This document shows positions 27,148 to 37,550 of a stretch of 64,000 bases of DNA, piece by piece; the stretch's first letter is position 1, and the number at the start of each line of letters is the position of its first letter. The DNA is taken from sequence record JX128258; one strand, 5' to 3'. The notes below the pieces were generated by a model. The model was not told the DNA's origin. It did not search any database and was given only the letters and a program-made list of their open reading frames with translations. This stretch comes from Escherichia phage ECML-117. Both the position numbers and the translations under genes were made by a program.

Positions 27148-27645
27148 ATGGTCAATATTAGTGGATTTGGCACAAGCATTAGAATTGTCGCTCTCCAATC
27201 TTTCCCTGTTGGGCTGAATATCAGTTCTTTGTCTGATGACCAGGATTCGCTAATTATTGAGGAAGTTGAATCAGTAGGCTATCAACTTACTTATGACGGC
27301 GGCATTTGTATTTATGATAAGGCCGCCGTCGTTCGCGTATCCATTGCGGTGATCCCAAACACTGAAGACGACATAAACCTAAAGCTTTTGCTTTCCGCTC
27401 GTAAAGGCGGATTCAAGTGGCTTCCTATACAGGATGTCACGTCAATGCTTATTACATATCCTGATGGCGGCAGAGTAGCATTTTCGAACGGGACCATAAT
27501 CAGCGGTCCGCTTGGCGACTCCATTGAGCAATCCGGTCGCCGTAAGACAAACAGATACACATTCGTGTTTGCCAGCTACGGCGGCGCACAGAGCACATCA
27601 CAAATTGCAAAAGGCGTGGTGCAGAGTATATTGGGGTCAATTTAA
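27148..27645 (+). CDS. tail tube-like paralogue
   Basis: 165 aa; N-terminus MVNISGFGTSIRIVA parallels MINVSGFGASIRLVA of 25730..26197. Confidence 0.45.
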   Translation: MVNISGFGTSIRIVALQSFPVGLNISSLSDDQDSLIIEEVESVGYQLTYDGGICIYDKAAVVRVSIAVIPNTEDDINLKLLLSARKGGFKWLPIQDVTSMLITYPDGGRVAFSNGTIISGPLGDSIEQSGRRKTNRYTFVFASYGGAQSTSQIAKGVVQSILGSI

Positions 27646-28178
27646 TGGCTATCGATTTATTGTCATATAGTCTTTCCAACAGAAGCTTCACAATAAGAAG
27701 CTTCAACCTTGGGGAAGTGTCAACGCTTGGTTGGGCGATTGTTAACGTTAAAATAAGACTCCAAGCAAAGATATTCAAGAACCAAAGGGAGGATGGGAGC
27801 TATATTGTCGATGGCAGGGTCAAAATGCCTAGAATATTGACTGTGACTGTAATAGCACAGACAAAAAGCGCGTCCGAAGCAATCGCAAAGATGCTGCAAA
27901 ATAGGTCCACTATATACACAATAAATTCTCGTGGGCTAATATTTGAACGTATGGTGCTGCAAAATAACAATTTCAGCCAAGATGCTGACAATATAACTTC
28001 ACAACCCATACAACTGGTCTTCCATGAGATATTAACACAGCAGGATGTGTCTATTCAAACAGCGCAAGCAGCCGACTCCACTGTCATTGAGCGCGGCATC
28101 GCTTATATAAAAGAGACTACTGCCAGCGTCACTGGCGTTGCAACAAAGGTGATGAATGGCATCAAGGGGATGTTCTGA
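27645..28178 (+). CDS. hypothetical tail protein (177 aa)
   Basis: ORF, coupled start. Confidence 0.4.
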   Translation: MAIDLLSYSLSNRSFTIRSFNLGEVSTLGWAIVNVKIRLQAKIFKNQREDGSYIVDGRVKMPRILTVTVIAQTKSASEAIAKMLQNRSTIYTINSRGLIFERMVLQNNNFSQDADNITSQPIQLVFHEILTQQDVSIQTAQAADSTVIERGIAYIKETTASVTGVATKVMNGIKGMF

Positions 28179-28738
28179 TGGACTTTGTTTCGATTCTGCT
28201 TTCTGGTCAATCTCTGACCATAACGAATGAGTCGACAGGGCTTCCTGTCTGGACAAGGCTTTCTCCAGTGTCTGCAGAAATAACATCACCAGCAGAAACT
28301 ACTCAATTTCCCCTTGCTGGAACGGCGATGCAGGTGGTGGAAGTATCAAGCACATCCTCAGTAAGCAATTTACAGGCGGCAAAAGTAATAATGCCAGCGC
28401 ACATGGCGCTAAACGTAATTTGCAACGACCAATCGACTATTGAAAACATAATTAATACATTCGACAATGATGAAGTCACATTTTCGATAACTTCTCGAAG
28501 CATAATTGCAAGCAAAATGTCGATGTCTGATGTCGAAATAACTCAGTCAGAAGAAAACCTGAATGGAGTCTCAATTGTAATAACATTTGAACAGACGTCA
28601 TTTAGTATTCAAGGAAGCTTTGACCCTAAACAGTCCGCAGATGAATCGTCAAATGGCGTGGCTATTAAAGAGCCAGTCAGTTTGACTACAACTGTGAGTT
28701 CGTTATATAATAAAATAAAATCAACAGTAGGAATATAA
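28178..28738 (+). CDS. hypothetical tail protein (186 aa)
   Basis: ORF, coupled start. Confidence 0.4.
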   Translation: MDFVSILLSGQSLTITNESTGLPVWTRLSPVSAEITSPAETTQFPLAGTAMQVVEVSSTSSVSNLQAAKVIMPAHMALNVICNDQSTIENIINTFDNDEVTFSITSRSIIASKMSMSDVEITQSEENLNGVSIVITFEQTSFSIQGSFDPKQSADESSNGVAIKEPVSLTTTVSSLYNKIKSTVGI

Positions 28739-28739
28739 A

Positions 28740-29156
28740 ATGAAGATCACCAATAAACAAACTGGTCGCAAAGTAGAAATTAAAATCAGCAAAATGACTG
28801 CGATGGAAGGTTGGAACATACAGCGCCGATTCATCGAATTTGCGATGTCAAAAGACCCTGCCTTTCGTTCAGAATACACAATGGAAGTATTAAGCTTTGC
28901 GAAGGTTGAACTTGATGTCGGGCAAGAAATTCCTCTGAGCACTGGCGCACTTATTGACAACCATCTTGGCGACTGGGAAAACTTGAAATTGGTTTTCGAA
29001 GCAGTATTGATGGAAAACGGAATCAACCCAGAGACTCACGCTGAACGTGAAGGATACTGGGAACAAGCTGGCGGCGAAATGGCTGCAGCATTTATTGGCG
29101 AATCGATGCGATTAATCGCGCCATTCCTCAGCGGCGAGACTCCAAACAAGGGGTAA
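28740..29156 (+). CDS. tail assembly chaperone (putative)
   Basis: 138 aa immediately upstream of the tape measure gene; synteny only. Confidence 0.35.
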   Translation: MKITNKQTGRKVEIKISKMTAMEGWNIQRRFIEFAMSKDPAFRSEYTMEVLSFAKVELDVGQEIPLSTGALIDNHLGDWENLKLVFEAVLMENGINPETHAEREGYWEQAGGEMAAAFIGESMRLIAPFLSGETPNKG

Positions 29157-29159
29157 ACT

Positions 29160-31340
29160 GTGTCTGACTCATTAGAAAAATTTGTTCTTCAATATACGGT
29201 GGACTTGAAAGAGTCCATCAATCGTCTTGAGCAATTGCAAGATAAGGTTGATCAGACAAACAAAAAGGCAAAGTCCGCTGGTAAAGACTTCACCGGAGCA
29301 TTCAAAGATGTGTTTGGTGAGTTGAAGCCTCTCACAGCTGAACTGGGGTCTATTGACGGAATCCTTGCGCGGCTTACTTACCGCTTTGCCGCGCTCGTTC
29401 CTGTTGTCGCAGGATTGGCTGTCGTCGTCAAATCCATTGTTGATGTTCGAAAAGAATACGAAGCGCAAAGGAAGCTGGGATTTGAAGCAGGACTTTCACC
29501 AATTGGCGTGGAGCAATTACAGCGACAATTGAATGAGAGTTCAGGCGGAGTTCTTGGTGCGCAAGGGTCAAGGGATTTAATCAGCAAGGCTTCTAATCTC
29601 GCATTCAACGCATACACCAACCCCGATGTGATGAACAAGGACAACTTGTTGCTGAACAAGATGGGGACCAGTCCTTTCAACAGTAACGGCGGCATAAAAG
29701 ACACGAACCAGCTGCTTGATGAAATTGGCACAAAGCTGAGAAGTGTGAATGAGCAAACCGCTCGTGCTATTGGTGCTCTGGCAGGTTTTACCGCCGATGA
29801 AGTCCGTGCGCTTCGTGAGCGAAATCAATCAGTCAAAGAAAGCACCCGTATAAGCGACGAAGAAACCGCGAAGCTGCAAAGACAGCAGGCTGCGCTTGAA
29901 ACGATACGAAACAGCATGGGGCAAATTCAAGAAGACTGGCGACGCATTGAACTGGTAATCGGTGAGAACGTGATGCCAGCATTCTCGACGCTTGTCAGTA
30001 AAACCGCCGATACAGTCGAAGGATTCCAGATGATGTTCCAAAGAATGTCTGATGGATGGTCCGAATTTGTCGACAATTTCATTGCTGACTTGAAGCACCC
30101 GTTTGATAAACAGGCGGCTGTTAACGAGCGCCACGAGCGCGCCGTTGATAGATGGATCACACAGATGGCAGACGGCGATGTGAAACGCCAGAGGAACCAG
30201 GAGCAAAACGCGGCTGAACAACGTTCTGCGCAAGCACTTTTCACTCGCGACATCAACCTGTTTTCAAGTGCCGTTTCAACCTTTGCTGGAGTCATTGATG
30301 AGCGACAAGCATGGGCTGCATGGGCTGGTGAGATAGGACGAAGCGCAGGCCAATCCGCAATGCCTGGCACGCCAGCACTAAGCACTGGTGCGACCGTAGG
30401 CAACAACTTGGGGTCAGGAAATCCGACTGCATATGACTCAATCTATGAGGAAGCCTCCAAGCGTTATGGAATCCCTGTTGCGATGATGAAGGCCGTCACA
30501 GAAGTCGAATCTGGATTCAACCCTAATGCCGTAAGCGGAGCAGGTGCGACCGGATTGATGCAAATAATGCCTTCCAACTTCAAGGGGCTTGGCATTACAG
30601 ACGGTAACGACCCAAGACAAAACATTATGGGCGGCGCTCAACTTCTCAAGGAATATTTAACTGCTGCCAATGGCGATTGGAATCTTGCGCTGACTATGTA
30701 TCACGGCGGATATGACCGCAGCGGATGGGGGAAGAACACCCGTGCATACCCTGGCAAGGTAATGGCCGCTCTCGAACGACAGGCAAATGGAGAATACGCC
30801 ACGGGAGCGCCGCAAGGTGCACCAGTGACTCCAGTCCTTAGCGGTAGCGGAGTAGAAGCGCCGAAAGGAAGCTATGCACCAGTACAAGGCCAATCCCGCC
30901 AAACGGTGCAATACAGACAGTTGCAAGAAGCCATTGCAGGATACCTAAACGTGCCAGTTGAGCAGTTGATGCAAGGGCAAGTTAACAAAGGCGATATTGA
31001 CTTTGCTCAAACTTACCTTAAACTTGGAACGCAAAGGGATTATATTAAAAACATGCAGCTGGCTTCAACTCCAGGCGTAAGACCGAACATTCAGGCCGAA
31101 GCGATGAAGAATGCTCGTCTTGCCGCATTCCAGCTTGAGGCGTTCCAGAAATACGGCGGCGACCTCTCCGCGAATAGTCGACCTGGTGGGCGTGATATTA
31201 CTATGGGTCAGAAAAACGTTGTCATCAACGTCAACGGCGCTCAAGACCCACGAAGCACGGCTATTGAGACTAAGCGCGTGCTTGAACAAGATGATATCAA
31301 CGACATAAACAACCTTACTGCTACACCTTTGAAGTGGTGA
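29160..31340 (+). CDS. tail tape measure protein with lytic transglycosylase (SLT) domain
   Basis: 726 aa, GTG start; SLT-like motifs ESGFNPNAVSGAGATGLMQIMPSNF and GGAQLL. Confidence 0.75.
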   Translation: MSDSLEKFVLQYTVDLKESINRLEQLQDKVDQTNKKAKSAGKDFTGAFKDVFGELKPLTAELGSIDGILARLTYRFAALVPVVAGLAVVVKSIVDVRKEYEAQRKLGFEAGLSPIGVEQLQRQLNESSGGVLGAQGSRDLISKASNLAFNAYTNPDVMNKDNLLLNKMGTSPFNSNGGIKDTNQLLDEIGTKLRSVNEQTARAIGALAGFTADEVRALRERNQSVKESTRISDEETAKLQRQQAALETIRNSMGQIQEDWRRIELVIGENVMPAFSTLVSKTADTVEGFQMMFQRMSDGWSEFVDNFIADLKHPFDKQAAVNERHERAVDRWITQMADGDVKRQRNQEQNAAEQRSAQALFTRDINLFSSAVSTFAGVIDERQAWAAWAGEIGRSAGQSAMPGTPALSTGATVGNNLGSGNPTAYDSIYEEASKRYGIPVAMMKAVTEVESGFNPNAVSGAGATGLMQIMPSNFKGLGITDGNDPRQNIMGGAQLLKEYLTAANGDWNLALTMYHGGYDRSGWGKNTRAYPGKVMAALERQANGEYATGAPQGAPVTPVLSGSGVEAPKGSYAPVQGQSRQTVQYRQLQEAIAGYLNVPVEQLMQGQVNKGDIDFAQTYLKLGTQRDYIKNMQLASTPGVRPNIQAEAMKNARLAAFQLEAFQKYGGDLSANSRPGGRDITMGQKNVVINVNGAQDPRSTAIETKRVLEQDDINDINNLTATPLKW

Positions 31341-31344
31341 TCAT

Positions 31345-32217
31345 TTGAAAAAGAGAATCCTTAAAGTCACCTTATCCATGCCGGATGGCACAAGCCAAGT
31401 GCTTGACGAAGGATTGATGCTTAGATGCCGAATCAAAAAGGCAGCACTTTCCGTTCAGAATAAGGCCACGATTGAAGTTGCAGGATTAACAGGGTACTTG
31501 AGAGAGTACCTGCTTTCCAACTTCACGGCATTCAACAAACGTCTGCGTGATCAAGGCCAGCTGGCGGCGAACTACGTCAACGTGACTATTGAAGCTGGAT
31601 ACAGAGAAGGGAGTGTAATCAGCAGCAACTTGGTATACAAGGGACAGGTGACGACAGTTGAGATAACAGCGCCGCCGCCGAATATTGTCATCAGAATCAC
31701 TTGCTACACCAACCAAATAAACAGAACTAAGTTCATCACTCAAGCTGCGCCATCCAACCCGACTTTCAAAGAGTTTGTGGAATGGTCTGCAAAACAAATG
31801 GACATCGATACTGTTATTTGTGATACGTCGATTAACAATCAGCGACTTGTGAATCCAGGAAGAACGACATATGTTGCTGCTGCGCTGCTGCTTGAGATCC
31901 AGAACTATCAACGCAACTCCATCGCGGCATACATTGATGACGATACGTTAATTGTCAAGGATAAAGACAAAATTCTAAATCCAGACCAGATTACGGTCAT
32001 TGAGGAATTTGTCGGAATACCGATGTGGAACGAGTGGGGTGCAGACTTCACTTGTATGTATAACGCAGATTTGAAGCTTGCACAAGGTGTTAAATTCAAA
32101 TCAGTCTTAAACCCAAGCTTGAACGACACCACATTTGTCATCATGCAACTTGAATATGATTTAGCAAGTCGTGATGATATATTTACGGTGACGGGCGGCG
32201 TTGCACCATCGGCATAA
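31345..32217 (+). CDS. tail/baseplate protein (putative)
   Basis: 290 aa downstream of tape measure; synteny only. Confidence 0.35.
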   Translation: MKKRILKVTLSMPDGTSQVLDEGLMLRCRIKKAALSVQNKATIEVAGLTGYLREYLLSNFTAFNKRLRDQGQLAANYVNVTIEAGYREGSVISSNLVYKGQVTTVEITAPPPNIVIRITCYTNQINRTKFITQAAPSNPTFKEFVEWSAKQMDIDTVICDTSINNQRLVNPGRTTYVAAALLLEIQNYQRNSIAAYIDDDTLIVKDKDKILNPDQITVIEEFVGIPMWNEWGADFTCMYNADLKLAQGVKFKSVLNPSLNDTTFVIMQLEYDLASRDDIFTVTGGVAPSA

Positions 32218-32219
32218 AT

Positions 32220-32741
32220 ATGAGAAAGAATAAAATAATCGACTTGTTTGGCGTGACTTATGAAATTCATCAATTCAGTGCAATAGATGCATTTGAAATG
32301 GTGGATGACATAAGCATATTGACTCCACTTGAATTATTAAGTGAATGTTATGTGATCAAATATGACGGAACTAAAGTCAGATTAAATTCTGAGAAGGCCA
32401 TCAGTGAAGAAGTGAAAAGTGTGCCAAATCACTTGCCGCCCAACCTTGTATTGAAAGTTCTAATGGAAGCGGTGAAGAAGCACAATTTTGGATTCCTCAG
32501 TGATTGGAAAGGCACTAAGATTCCAAATAGATTCTTGGCTGACGTACCGACCGTAGAGCCTAATTATCTTGAGCCGATGGTTGCAAGCCTAATAAACAAT
32601 GGTCTTGCTTCGTTAAAAGAATTGGAAGAATATTATTCATTGCGTGATGCATTCGCTATGTTTGATGGACTAATAGCAAAATCACTTAATGAAGCCTACT
32701 CAAACGAAGCTGCCATTAAAGAATCAAAGTCAAATCGCTAA
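32220..32741 (+). CDS. hypothetical baseplate-region protein (173 aa)
   Basis: ORF. Confidence 0.4.
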   Translation: MRKNKIIDLFGVTYEIHQFSAIDAFEMVDDISILTPLELLSECYVIKYDGTKVRLNSEKAISEEVKSVPNHLPPNLVLKVLMEAVKKHNFGFLSDWKGTKIPNRFLADVPTVEPNYLEPMVASLINNGLASLKELEEYYSLRDAFAMFDGLIAKSLNEAYSNEAAIKESKSNR

Positions 32742-32798
32742 AATATTGCTTATAGACTCCTTATAGATTATAATTTGTTGATCAGATATAAGGAGTCT

Positions 32799-33527
32799 AT
32801 GATGGCAGAAAAGTTAACCCAACTTACAAGCCCCAACCAAACTGACAAATCAAGTATGTTTGCCGCGCTGCAGGGAATGCTGGACCGTGGCAAGTATACC
32901 ACTGACGGCATGATTCCTGCACAAGTAATATCTTATGACCGCAAACAGAATTTAGCAGTCATAAAGCCTGTTATTCATTTCGTAAGTCTTGATGATAAGC
33001 CAGTGGAGCGTCAACCTTTGGTGTCAATTCCGGTACTGGCAATCGGCGGCGGCGGCTTCGTGATCAACTTCCCTTTGAAGGAAGGGGACTTGGGCTGGAT
33101 ATTCGCTGGCGACCGAGAGTTGTCGACATTCCTTGAAGAATTGAAGCCGACTGCGCCTACCAATGGCCGTGTAAAAACTTTCGCTGATGGACTGTTCATA
33201 CCGGATGTATTCCGAAAATACACCATAAGCGGAGAGGATGCAGGGTCAATGGTAATTCAATCCCTCAGCGGCGCTGTGAGAATTGCACTAAGCGATGACT
33301 CAATAAACATAACTGCGTCTGCTGGAGTAAACGTCAAGACCCCGATAACCACTATCGATCAACAATTGATAGTAAATGGAAAGGCAACATTCAATGGTGG
33401 GATAGAAGGCAAAGAAGGAACGACGGCAACGCTTCCGACTGGCACAACGGTCGGCGGCATTGATGTATCCACTCACGGGCATATCGGTAACGGGCCTGGA
33501 AACAGAACTGGGAATATGATAGAATGA
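32799..33527 (+). CDS. baseplate spike/assembly protein (V-like, putative)
   Basis: AGGAG RBS then ATG 32799; 242 aa; position before the J-like gene. Confidence 0.4.
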   Translation: MMAEKLTQLTSPNQTDKSSMFAALQGMLDRGKYTTDGMIPAQVISYDRKQNLAVIKPVIHFVSLDDKPVERQPLVSIPVLAIGGGGFVINFPLKEGDLGWIFAGDRELSTFLEELKPTAPTNGRVKTFADGLFIPDVFRKYTISGEDAGSMVIQSLSGAVRIALSDDSINITASAGVNVKTPITTIDQQLIVNGKATFNGGIEGKEGTTATLPTGTTVGGIDVSTHGHIGNGPGNRTGNMIE

Positions 33528-34795
33528 GTGCACAATATTCTTACATAGTAAGCACTGGTGTGATCACCATTGACACGGCAGATTTATTGGCTGATGTTCA
33601 AGGTGAATGGATTGAGTCTTTAGGGGTCGGGCTTGATGTTGATGCTTCGACGCCGCAAGGCACGCTAATCGCAACAGAGACATTGGCAAGAACTTCAGTG
33701 ATGAAGAACAATGCCGAATTGGGAAGCCTCATCAACCCTAACTACTCATATGGAGTATACCTTGATGCAATCGCGGCGCTTCTTGGCATCGAGCGCACAA
33801 AGAATGTAAGCACAATGTTGAAAGGTGTGACTGCAGAGGGAACGCCTCTGCTGGAAATTCCTGCTGGAAGTCTTCTTACTGATTCAAATGGTACATACTG
33901 GTATGTGCTGGAAGACGTTCAAATCACTTCGACTGGCAAGACAAGTAATATGACTCTTGCGTCAAAAGATTATGGATCATTCACTGTTGCGCCTGATGAA
34001 GAGTTTACAGTGGTGCAAGGTTATGACGTCATCGGATGGTCAAGAACTTATTCAACGTCGGCAACAACGACCGTGCCAGGAACACAATACATGAGCGACG
34101 GAGCATTAAAGGCCGCTCGCGTTAAGCGTCTTTACCAGCAGGGCATTGCATCACTTGGTGCCATTCGCGCTCGCGCCATGTCGGTCGACGGTGTAGAATC
34201 TGTGATGGTCGTGGAGAACGACACAGGAGCGCCTGGAACGGTGCGCGGCATCACCTTCTCAACGCCTAACGGTGTTTGGGTGTGCGCAAGCGGAACATTT
34301 GACAAGCAAGTTTTTGCGGAGACGATATTCAAGGCGAAGATGGGCGGTCAACCTTGGGACTTTGGCGCTGCTAATCAAGGTGATCCGGTAAACTCTCCTG
34401 ATGGAATCGAAGTGGTCGATGCAGAATCACAGCTGTCTTATTTCGTCAAATTCAACAATGCAGTGATATATGATTTGTATGTTGATATAACCGTTTCAAG
34501 AGGAACGGCTACCGCTGATGCTGAGTCTATCATTGCCGCTGTGCTGAATTACGGCAATGGCAATTTTAACGGTGAGCAGGGATATACAGTAGGTCAATCT
34601 CAATCTTCTTTTGAAATCGCTTCAGCAGTATCCTGTGAATATCCAGGACTTTATATCAAAGATTGCAAAATTGCAGCAGTCAAAAGCGGACAGGCAGCGC
34701 CAACTTATCCTTCCGATTATGGCAGCGAGTGGATTGCCAATCCATGGGATAAGGCCAATACTATGCGCGGCTTCATCAACGTTAAATTTGTGTGA
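33524..34795 (+). CDS. baseplate J-like protein (putative)
   Basis: 423 aa; synteny and size. Confidence 0.4.
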   Translation: MSAQYSYIVSTGVITIDTADLLADVQGEWIESLGVGLDVDASTPQGTLIATETLARTSVMKNNAELGSLINPNYSYGVYLDAIAALLGIERTKNVSTMLKGVTAEGTPLLEIPAGSLLTDSNGTYWYVLEDVQITSTGKTSNMTLASKDYGSFTVAPDEEFTVVQGYDVIGWSRTYSTSATTTVPGTQYMSDGALKAARVKRLYQQGIASLGAIRARAMSVDGVESVMVVENDTGAPGTVRGITFSTPNGVWVCASGTFDKQVFAETIFKAKMGGQPWDFGAANQGDPVNSPDGIEVVDAESQLSYFVKFNNAVIYDLYVDITVSRGTATADAESIIAAVLNYGNGNFNGEQGYTVGQSQSSFEIASAVSCEYPGLYIKDCKIAAVKSGQAAPTYPSDYGSEWIANPWDKANTMRGFINVKFV

Positions 34796-34801
34796 GGAAC
34801 T

Positions 34802-37540
34802 ATGCAAAAGTTTGACACAAACCTGTTGCAAAACCTTAAGTGGATGCAGAACAACGCGCCAAACATCACATCTTTGGTTCAGAAGAAGAGTGACTGGTAT
34901 GAGCGATATCAAGATCAGTTTTGGATTGACTGGTACAAGAACATATTCAACATTGATACTTGTGATGCAATGGGCATCTATATTTGGTGTGACATACTAT
35001 GCATACCAAGGGATTTTGTTGACTTAAGCAACTATGAGCACAACTGGGCATTTGGACCCACACGCGACAACTTCGAAGGGCCGGACAATATCGGCGGCAA
35101 CTTCTTTGGTGCTGGCGGAAAGGTTGTGAAAAACATCGAAGAAGCCCGCATCCTTCTGAAGCTTCGTTATCTGACGCTTACAAGTGATGGCCGCATAGAA
35201 AGCATCAACCGTATGCTTAAGTGGATTTTCAACCGTGGAGAAGATTGGGATTACTCTTCATCGCGCTACGCATATGTGACAGATAATACTCAAGGCGCGG
35301 TGTCTTCTTCTGAAGCAACAAACGGCTCATTCCTTCTGTACGACTGGCAGGGGTCAACTGAGATTCAGCACGATTATAAACAAGTTCTTTTGAGCCACGG
35401 CAACAACGCAGGACTTACCATAAGTGGGGTGGCAGGGACCGTTTCGCGAATGGCACACCCAGACTGGTATTCATGGGGTAATGGTTCCGGCGCTGGTATT
35501 GTCGGCGGTGATACACGACAATATGGCGGCCCTGACTATTACGGCCAACTGTGCGGTGACTACCCAGGAGAGGCCATAGAGAATTTCGCCAACGCAGTAC
35601 GGGTCATCAAGACCGCTTCCAGCGGCGAGCCTGTGTATTCTTTGGCCAATAATCCAAGCGCCAAATCTATTGCTCTTCCTTCTCAGGCTGGTGTAAACGT
35701 TTGCTATAGCTTCTACATAAAAGTGCTTTCTGAAAACGTGGCTTCTGTTTCCGTAACAGAGAACAGTGATGCATCGAGTAATGGAAAACTTTTCGACCCA
35801 GTGACTGGGCAGTTCAACCTTGACTCTTCTTTGAGTTATTTCATCACAGGCAAGTTCGACGGTGTGAGAAGGGAATCAAACCGTGGTGGCATCAAGGCAA
35901 TCGGCGGCGATTGGTACAGAATCTGGATTGTAGAGCAAACTGCAAACGCGACGGCTGGGGTGAAAACAAGCTTTTCAATTGAGTTGAAAGCAACTGCCGC
36001 TGGATCAACCCAGACTCGCGAATTGCCTGAAGGGTCTGATGCGCTTCTTTTTGGATACTCCATTTGTGTTTGCGACCCTGTTCAAAATCCTAATGGACCT
36101 GAGCCTTATTTCTATGGGACTCAAAATCCTCCTGCAGATGGAACGGCAATCCTGTCTGTTACGGCAGGAACGCTCAACAACATATCTTGCGCAAACGGTC
36201 CGTTGACAACAAGGGATGGCGTGGTAGGTGAATCATTCATGCAGCCTGGTTCATCGCTTGCATACTCTGGTTCAATCGACGGCTACCCGTACCCAGGAAA
36301 CGCAACATTGATTGCAGAGACTGACGGCATCAGACGCTCATGGAACGTTAGCCGATTGGACGGCGTACCGCCGCCGCCGACCGCTGACTATTACATGGAA
36401 TATGTCATCGGGCCTTATTTCGCCAACAACTTATCCGACAACTTTAAGACGCTAGTTGGCGACAGGAATGAAGGATTCTTGCCAGCAAATGCCGGAATAC
36501 GTTGGCAGCTTTACCAAGAAGTCGCAGACTTATCTGATATTGATTTGACTGTCAGCAACATAACAGACACGCGAGTAGGATTCGAAACGGAAGGTGTCGC
36601 ATGGATTAACACTGACGGCATCATCAGAGTTGGCGGCATAAACGAGTGGCCGTTGAACAACTTCAAAGGTGTTATACGACAGCTTGAATCTTTGAAAGGT
36701 GTGAACCAAGTTATCGACGGCGCACTTGTCAACGACTATTCAATCTCAAAAGCATCAAGAGATGACTTTGGTCGTGAAATCCCACGTGCCGCGATCACAA
36801 ACTACTGGCGATACACACAACCCAATGACGGCACATCTTTTGGCAATATCGTCAAGGACGGAGATAACACGGTAACGGCGACGCCAATCAGCGGTGTGCC
36901 CAACCAGTTCCCATCATTCAAGCTTTCCGCTACAATAGGGACTGTGCCAGCATCCGGCTATGCACGTGCTGTACTTGCTACTAAATACACTGGCAACCTG
37001 ACTGGTCCTTTGTCATTTATCGCAATAGTTAAAAACAACACGGTAAACGGTCAAAAACTTTTCGTAACCGTACCGGATGGTATGGGCGGCTATATCCCTA
37101 AATTCTACAGCATAGGCGCAGGTGATTTGCAACGTATCGAAATTGACCTTGCCGCTGAGATTGTTGCAGGAACGACTTGGGATGGTTCGACAGGTGGAAT
37201 CAGCATTGGTTTGATATCAGGGAAAGACTTGCCGACCGAAGTTGGTACGACTCTTGAACTTGATATTTTAAGCTTGATGCTTGTTTCTGGTAATACGATG
37301 AATGCGCTTGCGATTTCAACAAGCGAAGACTTTGCAAAGAAAACTGCAACTTCTATATACATCAAAAACCCAGGGTCACTGGCGACTGGAGTTCAATTGA
37401 TAGCTTCGAATGGGGATGTTGTAGCGACAGTAAACTTTCCAAGAAGTGCTGCTGGCGGTTATGTTTCAAGCATGAATATAACTGACTTAACTGGTGATTG
37501 GGCATCAACCCTTTTATCAAAAATTAAATACATCGTGTAG
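34802..37540 (+). CDS. large baseplate wedge/tail fibre protein
   Basis: 912 aa, Gly/Ser/Thr/Asn-rich beta-type composition; precedes the distal fibre gene. Confidence 0.5.
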   Translation: MQKFDTNLLQNLKWMQNNAPNITSLVQKKSDWYERYQDQFWIDWYKNIFNIDTCDAMGIYIWCDILCIPRDFVDLSNYEHNWAFGPTRDNFEGPDNIGGNFFGAGGKVVKNIEEARILLKLRYLTLTSDGRIESINRMLKWIFNRGEDWDYSSSRYAYVTDNTQGAVSSSEATNGSFLLYDWQGSTEIQHDYKQVLLSHGNNAGLTISGVAGTVSRMAHPDWYSWGNGSGAGIVGGDTRQYGGPDYYGQLCGDYPGEAIENFANAVRVIKTASSGEPVYSLANNPSAKSIALPSQAGVNVCYSFYIKVLSENVASVSVTENSDASSNGKLFDPVTGQFNLDSSLSYFITGKFDGVRRESNRGGIKAIGGDWYRIWIVEQTANATAGVKTSFSIELKATAAGSTQTRELPEGSDALLFGYSICVCDPVQNPNGPEPYFYGTQNPPADGTAILSVTAGTLNNISCANGPLTTRDGVVGESFMQPGSSLAYSGSIDGYPYPGNATLIAETDGIRRSWNVSRLDGVPPPPTADYYMEYVIGPYFANNLSDNFKTLVGDRNEGFLPANAGIRWQLYQEVADLSDIDLTVSNITDTRVGFETEGVAWINTDGIIRVGGINEWPLNNFKGVIRQLESLKGVNQVIDGALVNDYSISKASRDDFGREIPRAAITNYWRYTQPNDGTSFGNIVKDGDNTVTATPISGVPNQFPSFKLSATIGTVPASGYARAVLATKYTGNLTGPLSFIAIVKNNTVNGQKLFVTVPDGMGGYIPKFYSIGAGDLQRIEIDLAAEIVAGTTWDGSTGGISIGLISGKDLPTEVGTTLELDILSLMLVSGNTMNALAISTSEDFAKKTATSIYIKNPGSLATGVQLIASNGDVVATVNFPRSAAGGYVSSMNITDLTGDWASTLLSKIKYIV

Positions 37541-37550
37541 AGGAACGGCA

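Noticed and set aside
29172-31289. Minus-strand ORFs (74-159 aa) inside the tape measure gene
   Set aside because: Shadow ORFs in a GC-rich coding region; no RBS and against operon direction.
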